64,000 nucleotides of DNA from an uncultured Acidobacteriota bacterium (GCA_963700145.1 OY969474.1:5312001-5376000); one strand, 5' to 3'; counted from the stretch's first letter, positions 41,111 to 50,865 are shown. Translations and numbers: made by a program. The notes: generated by a model not told the origin, from the letters alone.

Positions 41111-41202
41111 TGTCATCCTGAGCGAAGCGAAGGATCTGGGCGGGGGCAGGCCGACATCACGCCACCCTGCCCCCAGATCCCTCGCTCACGCTCGGGATGA
41201 CA
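41111..41202. repeat. Long palindromic REP/MITE-like element (GTCATCCTGAGCGAAGCGAAGGATCT type)
   Basis: TGTCATCCTGAGCGAAGCGAAGGATCTGGG...CCCAGATCCCTCGCTCACGCTCGGGATGACA, an imperfect inverted repeat. Confidence 0.85.
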
Positions 41203-43008
41203 AGTCACAGAGAGGTGCCACCACTGCTACGCAATGCGAGTTGGCTCGTCCTCGCGCTCCTACTGGTCGCCCTCCTCGCCGGCGTCGTCACCTTCGACCG
41301 CGCCGGCCGCCCCGGCCTGGTGGGCGACGAGGCGACCTACGCGATGCAGGCGGCGAGCCTCGCCTTCGACCTCGACCTCCGCTACGGCCGCGCGGACTAC
41401 GACCGCTTCGTCGCGCAGTGGGGCGGGCCGCCGGACGGGCTCATCCTGCAGAGCCGCGACGGCGGCGCCCGCATCACCTACGGCAAGCCGCCGCTCTACG
41501 CGCTCTTCGCGGCGCCCTTCGCGCGTGTCGCGCCGGTGCGCGGGCCGCTCCTCGCCAACGCGATCCTCCTGGCGCTCGCCGCGGCGCTCGCGGCGCGGGT
41601 GCTCTCCCGCCACGTCGGCCCCGCGGCGCCGCTCTGGGTGGCCTGCTTCCTCTACGCCTCGGTCGCCTTCGGGTACGTCTTCTGGGTCCACGCCGACCTC
41701 TTCCTGCTGGCTTGCGTCGCCGCCGGCTTCGCGCTGGTCTACGAGGGGGAGCGGCCGCGGAGCGGGCCGCTGCCGGAGATCTACGACGGCGAGGAGCTGG
41801 CGCCGCGCTGGCGGTTCGCCCTGCGCTGGGCGGCGGCCGGCGCGCTCCTCGCCGCGCCCGCCGCCTACCGGCCGTTCTATCTCGCGCTCCTCGTGCCGGC
41901 GCTCCTCGCCGCGCTCTCACACCCCGCCGGGCGCGGCCGCGGGCGGCAGGCGGCCGCGGCGCTCCTCGCCGGCGCCCTCCTCCTCCTCGCCGCCACCTCG
42001 GCGGCGCAGTGGCTCGCCGGCGGCTCCTGGAGCGGCTACGGTGGCGAGCGGCAGGGCTTCTACCCGCGCACGGGGTACCCCGAGGTGGACTTCCCGGCCA
42101 GCGAGTGGCCCGAGTCGGTCCGGCGCTGGGGCAATACGTCCTGGCTCCAGGAGGGGGCGCTCGAGCCGCGGTTCGACGCCCGCCTGACCGCCTGGAACGC
42201 GCTCTACTTCCTGGCTGGCGAGAACGTCGGCGTGCTGCCCTATTTCCTGCCGCTCGTCTTGGGCTTCCTCGCCTACCGCGGCGAGCGCGGGCGCTGGGTG
42301 ATCGTGCCGGCGGTGGCGCTCGCCGCGCTCGGCCTCTTCCTGGTTCGGCCGTTCAACTTCTACGGCGGCGGCGGGGCGCTGGCCAACCGCTACTTCCTGC
42401 CGCTCTACCCGGCCCTCTGGTTCCTCGCCGCGCGGCCGCGCCGCGCCGCGTGGGTCGTGGCGATCGCGGCGCTGGCGGCGCCTTTCCTCTGGCCGCTCTG
42501 GACTCACCCGCGCGCCTTCCCGGTGGGGGAGGACGGCCGCTACGCCTCCGTCTCGGAGATCGCCCGCCGCCTGCTGCCCTACGAGACGACGCAGAGCCAC
42601 ATCCCCGGCGGGCGCGACGTGACCCACCACGGGCTGTGGGTCAAGTCGCTGACGCCGGCGGTGGGGCCGGTGGGGCAGGGGCGGTCGCTGCGCCTCGCCG
42701 CCGATGGCCCGGGCGAGCTCCTGGTCGGCAGCCCCGAGCCGCTCGGGGCCGTCGTCCTCCGCTTCGGCGCCGGGGCGCCGTCGCGGATCGAGATCGACGG
42801 CGGCACGGTCGGCGGCCGGATGTTCGGCGCCGACGGCTCGATCGCCTTCGAGGTCAAGCTCGACCGGCCACGCGCCGTCCACCCGATGTGGTGGACCTGG
42901 GACGATGTCCATCTCTACTGGCTGCGCTTGTCCTTGCCCCCCGGCGCCGCCCCCGTGCGGCTCGAGATCACGCCGGGCCCCGATCTGGTACAAAAGGCGG
43001 CGCGATGA
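41197..43008 (+). CDS. Polytopic membrane protein (GT-C-like)
   Basis: GDEATY-MQA-SL--D-DLRY, GGGGALANRYFL; many TM segments. Start uncertain. Confidence 0.75.
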   Translation: MTSHREVPPLLRNASWLVLALLLVALLAGVVTFDRAGRPGLVGDEATYAMQAASLAFDLDLRYGRADYDRFVAQWGGPPDGLILQSRDGGARITYGKPPLYALFAAPFARVAPVRGPLLANAILLALAAALAARVLSRHVGPAAPLWVACFLYASVAFGYVFWVHADLFLLACVAAGFALVYEGERPRSGPLPEIYDGEELAPRWRFALRWAAAGALLAAPAAYRPFYLALLVPALLAALSHPAGRGRGRQAAAALLAGALLLLAATSAAQWLAGGSWSGYGGERQGFYPRTGYPEVDFPASEWPESVRRWGNTSWLQEGALEPRFDARLTAWNALYFLAGENVGVLPYFLPLVLGFLAYRGERGRWVIVPAVALAALGLFLVRPFNFYGGGGALANRYFLPLYPALWFLAARPRRAAWVVAIAALAAPFLWPLWTHPRAFPVGEDGRYASVSEIARRLLPYETTQSHIPGGRDVTHHGLWVKSLTPAVGPVGQGRSLRLAADGPGELLVGSPEPLGAVVLRFGAGAPSRIEIDGGTVGGRMFGADGSIAFEVKLDRPRAVHPMWWTWDDVHLYWLRLSLPPGAAPVRLEITPGPDLVQKAAR

Positions 43009-43616
43009 GCGAGACGCAGCAGGCGGAGGCGCCCCCCCGGAGCTGGCTGCTGGCGGTGCGCGAGCGGCTCGCCTCGCCGCCGCCGCGGCGGCTGCCGCCC
43101 GGCGAGCAGCGGCGGGCCTCGGTCCTGGTGCCGCTCTTCGTCCAGTCGGGAGAGCTGTGGACGGTCCTCACCAAGCGCACCGACACCCTCCCCACCCACC
43201 GCAGCCAGATCGCCTTCCCTGGCGGCGCGCTCGACCTCGGCGAGGACCCGTGGGCGGCGGCGTTGCGCGAGGCCGAGGAGGAGGTGGGGATCGAGCCCGG
43301 CAAGGTGCTGCGCCTGGGGCAGCTCGACGAGGTGGAGACGCCGATGGGCTTCCGCGTCGTCCCCTGCGTCGGCGCCGTGCCCTACCCCTACGAGGCGCGC
43401 CCCAACGAGGCCGAGATCGCCGAGGTCTTCAGCCTGCCGCTCACCGCCTTCGCCAATCCGCGGATGGTGGAGGACCGGACGGTGAAGATCGACGGCGTGC
43501 CGCGCCAGCTCCGCATCTACCACGTCGGCAACCGCCAGGTCTGGGGCCTGACGGCGCGGGTGCTGCAGAACCTGCTGGCGCGGCTGGGACTCGACGTGCC
43601 GGGCGAGGCCGGCTGA
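43005..43616 (+). CDS. CoA pyrophosphatase (Nudix, NudL-like)
   Basis: ASVLVPL, HRSQIAFPGG, AALREAEEEVG and VWGLTA; ATGA overlap with upstream gene. Confidence 0.9.
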   Translation: MSETQQAEAPPRSWLLAVRERLASPPPRRLPPGEQRRASVLVPLFVQSGELWTVLTKRTDTLPTHRSQIAFPGGALDLGEDPWAAALREAEEEVGIEPGKVLRLGQLDEVETPMGFRVVPCVGAVPYPYEARPNEAEIAEVFSLPLTAFANPRMVEDRTVKIDGVPRQLRIYHVGNRQVWGLTARVLQNLLARLGLDVPGEAG

Positions 43617-43619
43617 GGC

Positions 43620-44516
43620 GTGCTCCGCGGCGCCCGCCTCCTCGTTCTCGTCGCGCTCCTCCCGCTCCTCGCCTGTGCTTCCGCGGCGCCCGCGCCGGCG
43701 GCGCTGGAGCGCCGGCTCGACGAGCTTCTCGCCGGCGCCGGCGGCACCGTGGCCGTCGCCTATTACGACCTGGGGACGGGCGCCACCGTCCTGCGCGACG
43801 AGCGCCTCTCGTTGCACGCCGCCAGCACGATGAAGGTGCCGGTGATGCTCGCCCTCTTCCGCGAGGTGGATCGCGGCACCCTCCGCCGCGACCAGCCGGT
43901 CTTGATGAAGAACGAGTTCACGAGCATCGCCGACGGCTCGCCCTTCGCCCTCGACCCGGCCGAGGACGGCGACCCCGACCTGTACCAGGCGCTGGGGGAG
44001 ACGCGGCCCCTCGAGGAGCTGATGCGGCGGATGATCGTCCGCAGCTCGAACTTGGCCACCAACCTGCTCATCGAGCTGGCCCGCCCGGAGCGGGTGATGG
44101 AGCTGATGCGCACGCTCGGAGCGCGCGACATCCGCGTCCTGCGCGGCGTCGAGGACGAGAAAGCCTACGAAGCCGGCCTCAACAACACGACGACCGCCTA
44201 CGACCTGATGCTGGTGCTGCGCGCCATCGCCGAGCGGTGGGCGGTGACTCCGGCGGCGAGCGAGGCGATGCTCGCGATCCTCGCCGCCCAGGAGTTCAAG
44301 GAGAAGATCCCGGCCGGCCTCCCCGCCGGCGTCGCGGTCGCCAACAAGACCGGCGACATCACCGGCATCCATCACGACGCGGCGATCGTGCTGCCGGCCG
44401 GCGAGCCGCCCTACGTCCTCGTCGTCCTCACCAAGGGCTTCGCCGACGAGGCGACGGCCAACGCGCTGATCGCCGCGGTCTCGCGCGCCGTCTGGGAGGC
44501 GCGGCGAGTAGAATGA
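43620..44516 (+). CDS. Class A beta-lactamase-like serine hydrolase, lipoprotein
   Basis: Lipobox LLAC; STMK (SxxK), SSN and KTG motifs. Confidence 0.87.
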   Translation: MLRGARLLVLVALLPLLACASAAPAPAALERRLDELLAGAGGTVAVAYYDLGTGATVLRDERLSLHAASTMKVPVMLALFREVDRGTLRRDQPVLMKNEFTSIADGSPFALDPAEDGDPDLYQALGETRPLEELMRRMIVRSSNLATNLLIELARPERVMELMRTLGARDIRVLRGVEDEKAYEAGLNNTTTAYDLMLVLRAIAERWAVTPAASEAMLAILAAQEFKEKIPAGLPAGVAVANKTGDITGIHHDAAIVLPAGEPPYVLVVLTKGFADEATANALIAAVSRAVWEARRVE

Positions 44517-44570
44517 GTGCCTCGGCGACCGCCGACATCTTCCATCCGACCTTTCCATGGAGAGCCCCTC

Positions 44571-45272
44571 ATGTCCCAGCCTCTGACTCCGTCCACACCG
44601 CCGCCGCCGCCGCCCGTCCAGCCGCAGAAGCGCAGCCCGCTGTTCTGGGTGGCGATCGGCTGCGGCGTGATTGTCCTCCTCGGCCTCCTCGCCATGGGCA
44701 CCTGCGGCTGGTTCGTCAAGAAACAGGTGGCCAAGTTCGAGAGCAACCCGGCCATCGCCGCCGCCGAGCTGGCGGTGCGGGCCAACCCCGACATGGAGGT
44801 CGTCGAGTCCGACCCCGAGAAGGGCACGATCACCGTCCGCAACAAGAAGACCGGCGAGGTCGTGACCTGGGACGCGGCGAAGATCGAGAGCGGCCAGTGG
44901 ACGGTCGAGACCGACGAGGGCACCGCGACCTTCGGCGGCGGCCCCGGCGGGCCGGCGAACCTGCCGTCCTGGGTGCCGACCTATCCCAATGGCAGCGTGC
45001 AGGGGACCTTCGACTCGACCTCCTCCGAGGGGCGCTCGGCGGCCTTCACGGTCACCACCTCGGACCCGGTCGCGGCGGTGCTGGAGTTCTACGAAAGCCA
45101 GCTCAAAGGCGCGGGCCTGGAGGTGCAGAAGACCACCTACGAGGCGGCCGGCGCGGGGCCGGGCGGCACCGTCAGCGGCACCAGCGCGGACAACAAGCGG
45201 ACCGTCGGCGTCATGGTCTCGACCGGCGACGGCCAGACCTCGGCGATCGTCAGCTTCACCGAGAAGCCCTGA
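44571..45272 (+). CDS. Hypothetical membrane-anchored protein
   Basis: Pro-rich N-terminus, TM segment (WVAIGCG...), LPSWVPTYP domain. Confidence 0.78.
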   Translation: MSQPLTPSTPPPPPPVQPQKRSPLFWVAIGCGVIVLLGLLAMGTCGWFVKKQVAKFESNPAIAAAELAVRANPDMEVVESDPEKGTITVRNKKTGEVVTWDAAKIESGQWTVETDEGTATFGGGPGGPANLPSWVPTYPNGSVQGTFDSTSSEGRSAAFTVTTSDPVAAVLEFYESQLKGAGLEVQKTTYEAAGAGPGGTVSGTSADNKRTVGVMVSTGDGQTSAIVSFTEKP

Positions 45273-45319
45273 GTGAGATAGAGGTAGCATTCGCCCCGGA
45301 GCCGTAGAGGAGGAGCGCC

Positions 45320-46402
45320 ATGGCCACGGCCGTCGCGAGCAGCAGCACCTTCGACCGCATCGTCGAGTCTCTCGGCGACGAGGCGGACAACCTGCTGTCG
45401 TTCACCTGCAAGGGCATCCCGAAGGAGCAGCTCGTCCTCCCCGGGCCGGACCACACCGATCACGCCTGGGGGCCCTCCGACCGCAAGCCCGCGGTGCTGG
45501 TCAACCTCCAGCGCCTCCACGACCACGGCCGCCTGGGCGGCACCGGCTACCTCTCGATCCTGCCCGTGGACCAGGGGGTCGAGCACTCCGGCGCCGCCTC
45601 CTTCGCACCCAACCCGATCTACTTCGACCCCGAGAACATCGTCCAGCTCGCTCTCGAGGGCGGCTGCAACGCGGTGGCCTCGACGGTCGGCGTGCTCGGG
45701 GCGCTGTCGCGCAAGTACGCCCACCGCATCCCCTTCATCGCCAAGATCAACCACAACGAGCTGCTGACCCTGCCGAGCAAGTTCGAGCAGATCCTCTTCG
45801 GCGGCGTCGAGCAGGCGTGGGGGATGGGGGCGGCGGCGGTGGGCGCCACCATCTACTTCGGCAGCGACGACGCCGGGCGCGAGATCGTCGAGATCGCCGA
45901 GGCCTTCCAGCACGCCCACGAGCTGGGGATGGCGACGATCCTCTGGGCCTACCTGCGCAACAGCGGCTTCAAGAAGGAAGGGGTGGACTACCACGAGGCC
46001 GCCGACCTGACCGCGCAGGCCAACCACCTGGCGGTGACGATCCAGGCCGACATCGTCAAGCAAAAGCAGGCCACCCGCAACGGCGGCTATCCGGCGCTCG
46101 GCTTCGGCAAGACCCACCCGCGGGTCTACAGCGAGCTGGTGGCCGACCATCCGGTCGACTGGGCGCGCTGGCAGGTCGCCAACTGCTACATGGGCCGCGC
46201 CGGCCTGATCAACTCGGGCGGCGAGTCGAAGGGCAAGGGGGACACGGCGCAGGCGGTGCGCACCGCCGTCATCAACAAGCGCGGCGCCGGCACCGGCCTG
46301 ATCTCCGGCCGCAAGGCCTTCCAGCGCCCGATGAAGGACGGCGTGGACCTCCTCCACGCGATCCAGGACGTCTATCTCTGTGACGAGGTGACGATCGCGT
46401 AG
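45320..46402 (+). CDS. fbaB: Class I fructose-bisphosphate aldolase
   Basis: [28 protein letters not shown] and [10 protein letters not shown]; GAGGAGG SD. Confidence 0.95.
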   Translation: MATAVASSSTFDRIVESLGDEADNLLSFTCKGIPKEQLVLPGPDHTDHAWGPSDRKPAVLVNLQRLHDHGRLGGTGYLSILPVDQGVEHSGAASFAPNPIYFDPENIVQLALEGGCNAVASTVGVLGALSRKYAHRIPFIAKINHNELLTLPSKFEQILFGGVEQAWGMGAAAVGATIYFGSDDAGREIVEIAEAFQHAHELGMATILWAYLRNSGFKKEGVDYHEAADLTAQANHLAVTIQADIVKQKQATRNGGYPALGFGKTHPRVYSELVADHPVDWARWQVANCYMGRAGLINSGGESKGKGDTAQAVRTAVINKRGAGTGLISGRKAFQRPMKDGVDLLHAIQDVYLCDEVTIA

Positions 46403-46408
46403 GAAGAA

Positions 46409-46470
46409 CGCCCGGCACGTAGGCCGGGCGCTACGCCGCCGTTCGTAGCGGCGGGCCTACGTGCCCGCCG
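46409..46470. repeat. Inverted pair of GTAG-type REP hairpins
   Basis: (-) GTAG-CGCCCGGC-CTACGT-GCCGGGCG and (+) GTAG-CGGCGGGC-CTACGT-GCCCGCCG, 10 nt apart, followed by a T-run. Confidence 0.82.
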
Positions 46471-47641
46471 TTTTTTCTTCGCCTCCCAACAGCTTCCGGA
46501 TCTCGGGCAGCCGCGCCTCGGCGTCCCGCTCGCCGATCTCCATCAGCTTCGTCAGGTAGTCGGGCTGGAAGGAGAGGTAGGAGAGGAAGTCGCCGCTCTT
46601 CGTCTCGCGGGTCCCCAGGCTGCGCGTCAGGTAGCGGAAGGCCCTGGGCAGCTGCGGCTCGAACTCGCGCGCCAGGGCTCCGATGTCCACGCTCGGGCGG
46701 AGCACCAGGAGCTCGAGCGGCTTGAGCCCATCCCACTCCTCGGGCGGCAAGCGGCGGAGCAGAGAGTTGAGCCGCTCCATCTGCGCCGAGTCGTAGTCCA
46801 GCATGTCGAGGAAGATCGAGTTGAGGAGGTGGTTGAGGATCTGCGCCGGCGGCGGATAGCCGCGCACTTTCCGCCGCTCGGCCTCCTCCTTGGTCGGCTG
46901 GTAGCGCGGCGACACCGCCAGGATGCGCCGCGCCCCGAGGTGGAGGGCGGGGGCGAGCGGCGTGTGCAGGCGGATGCCGCCGTCGCCGTACCAGGACTCG
47001 CCGAGGCGGACGGCGGGGAAGAAGATCGGCAGGGCCGCGGAGGCCATGACGTGCTCGACGCCGATCCGCGCCGGCAGGCTCACTCGCCGCGGCCGCTCCC
47101 AGGCGGCGAGGTCGCCGCCGCCCTGCGTCCAGGTGATCGTCTGGCCGGTCGAGTAGTTGAGGGTGGTGAGGGCCAGCGCCTGCAGGACGCCCCGCTCCAG
47201 GTTGCGCGCGATACCGATGATCTCGCCGTCCACGGTGGCGACCGCGCGCTGGATCGTGGCGCGCAGCGGCTGGCTGTCGACGAGGCCGCGCACCTCCGGG
47301 GCGCGCGGGTCGCCGCCGGAGACCAGGTGGGCGCCCCAGCGCGCCAGGTTGCGGGCGAGCCAGGGGACGTCGACGCGGAAGATGTCCTCGACCTGCAGCT
47401 CGCCCCAGAGCGCGGAGAGGGCGGGCGCCGACTCGCCGAGCGCCCCGGCGTGGGCGGCGAGGTAGGTGGCGTTGATGGCGCCGGCCGAGACGCCGGCGAT
47501 GATCGGGAAGCGCAGCTCGGGGAAGGCGGCGCCGAGGCAGCGCAGCATTCCCACCTGGTAGGCGGCGCGCGCGCCACCGCCGGTGAGGACGATGGCGAGG
47601 TCGCTCGGCTCGGGCGCGGGGGTGTCTTGGGCGGCGCTCAC
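46457..47641 (-). CDS. Patatin-like phospholipase
   Basis: TGGGARAAYQVG, GVSAG, ASAALP and GDGG. Start is GTG 47641 or ATG 47653. Confidence 0.92.
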   Translation of the reverse strand: MSAAQDTPAPEPSDLAIVLTGGGARAAYQVGMLRCLGAAFPELRFPIIAGVSAGAINATYLAAHAGALGESAPALSALWGELQVEDIFRVDVPWLARNLARWGAHLVSGGDPRAPEVRGLVDSQPLRATIQRAVATVDGEIIGIARNLERGVLQALALTTLNYSTGQTITWTQGGGDLAAWERPRRVSLPARIGVEHVMASAALPIFFPAVRLGESWYGDGGIRLHTPLAPALHLGARRILAVSPRYQPTKEEAERRKVRGYPPPAQILNHLLNSIFLDMLDYDSAQMERLNSLLRRLPPEEWDGLKPLELLVLRPSVDIGALAREFEPQLPRAFRYLTRSLGTRETKSGDFLSYLSFQPDYLTKLMEIGERDAEARLPEIRKLLGGEEKTAGT

Positions 47642-47688
47642 TCTGCGTGGCATTATCGCCGCGCTTCGCTCGACAGGGAGACCGGCCC

Positions 47689-48285
47689 ATGAAGATCCTG
47701 CTGACGGCGGTGGCGATCCTGGTGCTGCTCGCCGCGCTCGCGCTCGGCGTCATCTACAGCGGCGCCTACGACGTGGCCGCCACCTCGCCGGACGAGGGCC
47801 TCGTGGGGTGGGCGCTCGAGACGGCTCAGGAGCGGTCGGTCGAGCGGCGGGCGAAGGCGGTCAAGGTGCCGGCGCTCGAGGGCCCCGAGCTGCTGGCCAC
47901 CGGTCTTATCCACTACCACGAGATGTGCGTCACCTGCCACGGCGCGCCGGGCGTGCCCGCCTCCGAGATCGGCGCCGGGCTCAACCCGTTCCCGCCGGAG
48001 ATGGCCGAGGAGCTCGGGCCGGCGGAGCTCTTCTGGGTGGTCAAGAACGGCATCAAGATGACCGGCATGCCCGCCTTCGGCCCGACCCACAGTGACGAGG
48101 AGCTGTGGGCGATCGTCGCCTTCGTCGAGACGCTGCCGGAGATGTCCGGCGAAGACTACGCCGCGGCGGTGCGCGAGGCCGGGCTAGGCGGCATGGCCGG
48201 AGAGGCCGCGGAGCCCACCGGCGCCGCCGGCGAGGAGCACTCCCACGCCCCCGGCACGAAGCCGCACTCTCACGACGGCCGGTAG
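47689..48285 (+). CDS. Monoheme cytochrome c with His-rich C-terminal tail
   Basis: N-terminal TM segment, CVTCHGAPG, FWVVKNGIKMTGMPAF; tail EEHSHAPGTKPHSHDGR. Confidence 0.9.
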   Translation: MKILLTAVAILVLLAALALGVIYSGAYDVAATSPDEGLVGWALETAQERSVERRAKAVKVPALEGPELLATGLIHYHEMCVTCHGAPGVPASEIGAGLNPFPPEMAEELGPAELFWVVKNGIKMTGMPAFGPTHSDEELWAIVAFVETLPEMSGEDYAAAVREAGLGGMAGEAAEPTGAAGEEHSHAPGTKPHSHDGR

Positions 48286-48338
48286 CGCCTCGGAGCGCCC
48301 AGTCAGTAAAACCGAGACAGAAGCCGGTAGGGGGCACA

Positions 48339-49763
48339 GTGTCGAAGATTCTGAGTTTGTTGATGGGTTCATGCGTTGTTGCCGCGGCGGTCTTTCAGAC
48401 CGCGTGTACAACTTCCGGCGGCGGCCCCGGCACCGTGACGTTGCCCGTCGATCCGACCTGCACCATCCTCGCTGTCAGTTCGCTCAAGAACAACACCATC
48501 GACACGGTGATGGAATCCAGGCGTTCCCTCACCAATTCTTCCGCGATCGGGGGCTTCACGCCATTCAGAAGTCTTAGCGGGCCGCGCAGCAATCCACCCG
48601 TCGCCGGTAACGTAAACGTCGATGTGTATGGCATCAGCGAGGCGTGGTTCCGCCGTCCCAGCAACGCGACGGTGGTGCTCGCGCAGGCGCACGGCGCGCC
48701 GCGCCAGGGCGCGACGGATTCGCTCGCGAGCGCCTGGAGCATACGCGCACAGGATGCCGCGGGTAGCTGGAGTCCGGTGTTCGCCGGGGGCTCGGCCAAC
48801 CGGGGCGACGAGATCGACGATTCCGCGGCCGGTGCCCTCACCGTGCCACAGCTCATGACCGTCGGAACGGCCAATCTGCAGATGTTCGCATGCGCCGGCT
48901 GGCGTACCCAGGACAACACGGGTCGCAGCACCTGGCTCATCGAGATAATCCCGCCCAATACCGCCGCAGGCTTGGGCGGGAGCGCCGCGCCGGTACAGGA
49001 CGTGCTCTACGGCGACGATCGATTCGTGCCGAACGCGACAGGTGGCCCGCTGATCGGCCCGGCCAATCCACCTTCACCGCGTGTGAGCGGGCCGGGCGAC
49101 CAGGCGCGCAATGGCCATGCGCAATGCGCCATGACGCAGCTGAACGACGATCTCACGACGCGCGAGCTGCACATGATGGTCGTGGATCGCGGACGCCTCT
49201 ATCACAGCATGGCAAGTGGTTTCGGTCCTGCGCACGATGACAACGGTCTCGTCATCTCTAATCGGTTCAGCTCGATTTCGGGATGGGCGGATGTCAGCAC
49301 CGCGCTCGGCGTCAACTTCGGCAACATCGAAAGCGCCACGCTCGTTGCATCGCGCCCTACCGCCATCAGCATCATCTTCGAGGCAGAAAACGGCGGTCGC
49401 CATCGCCTCTGGCACACCGTCAGACTGTCGACGGGCGGCGGTTCGTGGCGGCCGGCGGATGACGTGACGACTGCCTCGGGCGCATCGCTCAACGGCCTCG
49501 TCGAGTCGTGGAACGTCGCGGCCGGGATCTGTCCGTCTTTCGACAATTCGCCAAACGCGCCCGACGAGCTCGTCTACATCACCTGGAACAACTCCGGCAC
49601 GTTTGTCGGACGCGTTGTGTCGACGCCGCGCACCTGGGCGCCCGGCATCACGGGCCTTTACTCCCCCCTTACCTCCATCCCCGGCATCCTCGTCTTTCCG
49701 AATAACCCCAATCGCCAGAACGTCGCCCAGAGCGTGCGGCTCTTCACCAGGCCCTTCCAGTGA
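48339..49763 (+). CDS. Hypothetical lipoprotein (lower-GC cargo)
   Basis: GTG start, lipobox-like FQTAC, 474-aa ORF rich in N/S/T/G, visibly different codon style. Confidence 0.72.
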   Translation: MSKILSLLMGSCVVAAAVFQTACTTSGGGPGTVTLPVDPTCTILAVSSLKNNTIDTVMESRRSLTNSSAIGGFTPFRSLSGPRSNPPVAGNVNVDVYGISEAWFRRPSNATVVLAQAHGAPRQGATDSLASAWSIRAQDAAGSWSPVFAGGSANRGDEIDDSAAGALTVPQLMTVGTANLQMFACAGWRTQDNTGRSTWLIEIIPPNTAAGLGGSAAPVQDVLYGDDRFVPNATGGPLIGPANPPSPRVSGPGDQARNGHAQCAMTQLNDDLTTRELHMMVVDRGRLYHSMASGFGPAHDDNGLVISNRFSSISGWADVSTALGVNFGNIESATLVASRPTAISIIFEAENGGRHRLWHTVRLSTGGGSWRPADDVTTASGASLNGLVESWNVAAGICPSFDNSPNAPDELVYITWNNSGTFVGRVVSTPRTWAPGITGLYSPLTSIPGILVFPNNPNRQNVAQSVRLFTRPFQ

Positions 49764-49779
49764 TGTCTCGCTGCGGCCC

Positions 49780-49811
49780 ACGATCCGTAACGCAGCCCAG
49801 GGCGCCGCGCC
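49780..49811 (+). repeat. 32-bp perfect direct repeat, copy 1
   Basis: ACGATCCGTAACGCAGCCCAGGGCGCCGCGCC, identical to 54179-54210. Confidence 0.95.
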
Positions 49812-49812
49812 G

Positions 49813-49923
49813 CTCGGCGGAATGGCAGGCGAGGCGGCCGAGCCCACCGGCGCCGCCGGCGAGGAGCACTCCCACTCCCACGCGGACCCGCCGGGCGCCG
49901 CGCCGCACCGACACGACGGCTGA
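49813..49923 (+). pseudogene. Second copy of the cytochrome c 3' end
   Basis: LGGMAGEAAEPTGAAGEEHSH identical to 48184-48246 at protein level, then SHADPPGAAPHRHDG*. Confidence 0.92.
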
Positions 49924-49942
49924 TCCTTTCCGAGCGAAGAGA

Positions 49943-50263
49943 TCAGGCAGTAAGCCGCAAGACCTGGCCTGGCACGAGGGTGTCGATCAGCGGCCGCAGT
50001 TTGGCCAACACGGGCTGCACGTCCGCGTAATCGTTGGACTTTGCCAGGAGCACGACGACAGCAAGCTGCAAGTCCGCGATGCGCTGCTGATGAGGCAGGT
50101 GCCGGTCCGTGGTGACGAGCACGTCGAAGTGGGGCTCCGCGAGGCGGAGCAGCTCCCCGTTCTTCTTCCCCGCCCAGCGGATCTCCGCGACGGTTCGAAC
50201 GTCATGACCGGGAAGCTCCTCCTTGAGACGCCGCGGGAGCGACTCGTCAAGGAGTACGCGCAT
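49943..50263 (-). CDS. DUF5615 PIN-like toxin
   Basis: MRVLLDESLP, W-GKKNGELL and FDVLVTTD. Confidence 0.88.
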   Translation of the reverse strand: MRVLLDESLPRRLKEELPGHDVRTVAEIRWAGKKNGELLRLAEPHFDVLVTTDRHLPHQQRIADLQLAVVVLLAKSNDYADVQPVLAKLRPLIDTLVPGQVLRLTA

Positions 50264-50480
50264 TGGCGAGGACCGCCGCGCCGGCTTCTTCGAGGGCTGC
50301 CACAGCCTGCTCGCGAGTGACCGAGGGGAAGTCGTCCAGAAACTCCGCCAACGGATGTCCTGCCTCGAGATAGTCGAGTAGTGCCTGGAAGGGCACGCGA
50401 GTGCCGATGAAGACCGGCGTCCCGCTCATGATTTCGGGGTCGCTGTGAACGACGGAGCTCGGCTTCCTGAGGGAGTTCAT
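50247..50480 (-). CDS. DUF433 antitoxin
   Basis: SDPEIMSGTPVFIGTRVP...FLDDFPSV. Confidence 0.9.
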   Translation of the reverse strand: MNSLRKPSSVVHSDPEIMSGTPVFIGTRVPFQALLDYLEAGHPLAEFLDDFPSVTREQAVAALEEAGAAVLANARTP

Positions 50481-50499
50481 CGCCGCTGATTCTACGCCC

Positions 50500-50865
50500 C
50501 ATCGGCGGCAGGGCGAGTCGGGCACCACCTCCAACCCGCACGCCGAACCGGGCGGCGAAGCAACGAGCCGCCACCTCTCCTGGTCTCAACTCATCCGCAA
50601 GGTCTACGAGATCGACCCGCTGCTGTGCACCTTCTGCGGCGCCGCGATGCGCATCGTCGCCTTCATCGTCGAGCTTTCCTCGCTCCGTCGCATCCTCCAA
50701 CACCTCGACGTCCGCTGCCAGCAGCCCGAGCCTCTCGCTCCCTCGCCTCCCGCCGGGGTCGGGCTCGTCTACGCTCCCGCCTGGTCGGGGCCCGGCCCGC
50801 CGAGGCGACAGGCCGGCCAAGCCAGGGGTGTGCGCTCAGCGCCTTCCCATCGGGTACGATCGTGA
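50500..50865 (+). pseudogene. C-terminal remnant of an IS91/ISCR-like transposase
   Basis: SWSQLIRKVYEIDPLLCTFCGAAMRIVAFI...RRILQHL; no catalytic domain or start upstream. Confidence 0.72.

Noticed and set aside
43620-44516. Bona fide resistance beta-lactamase
   Set aside because: SSN instead of SDN, no clear class A omega-loop ExxLN motif, and a housekeeping context.
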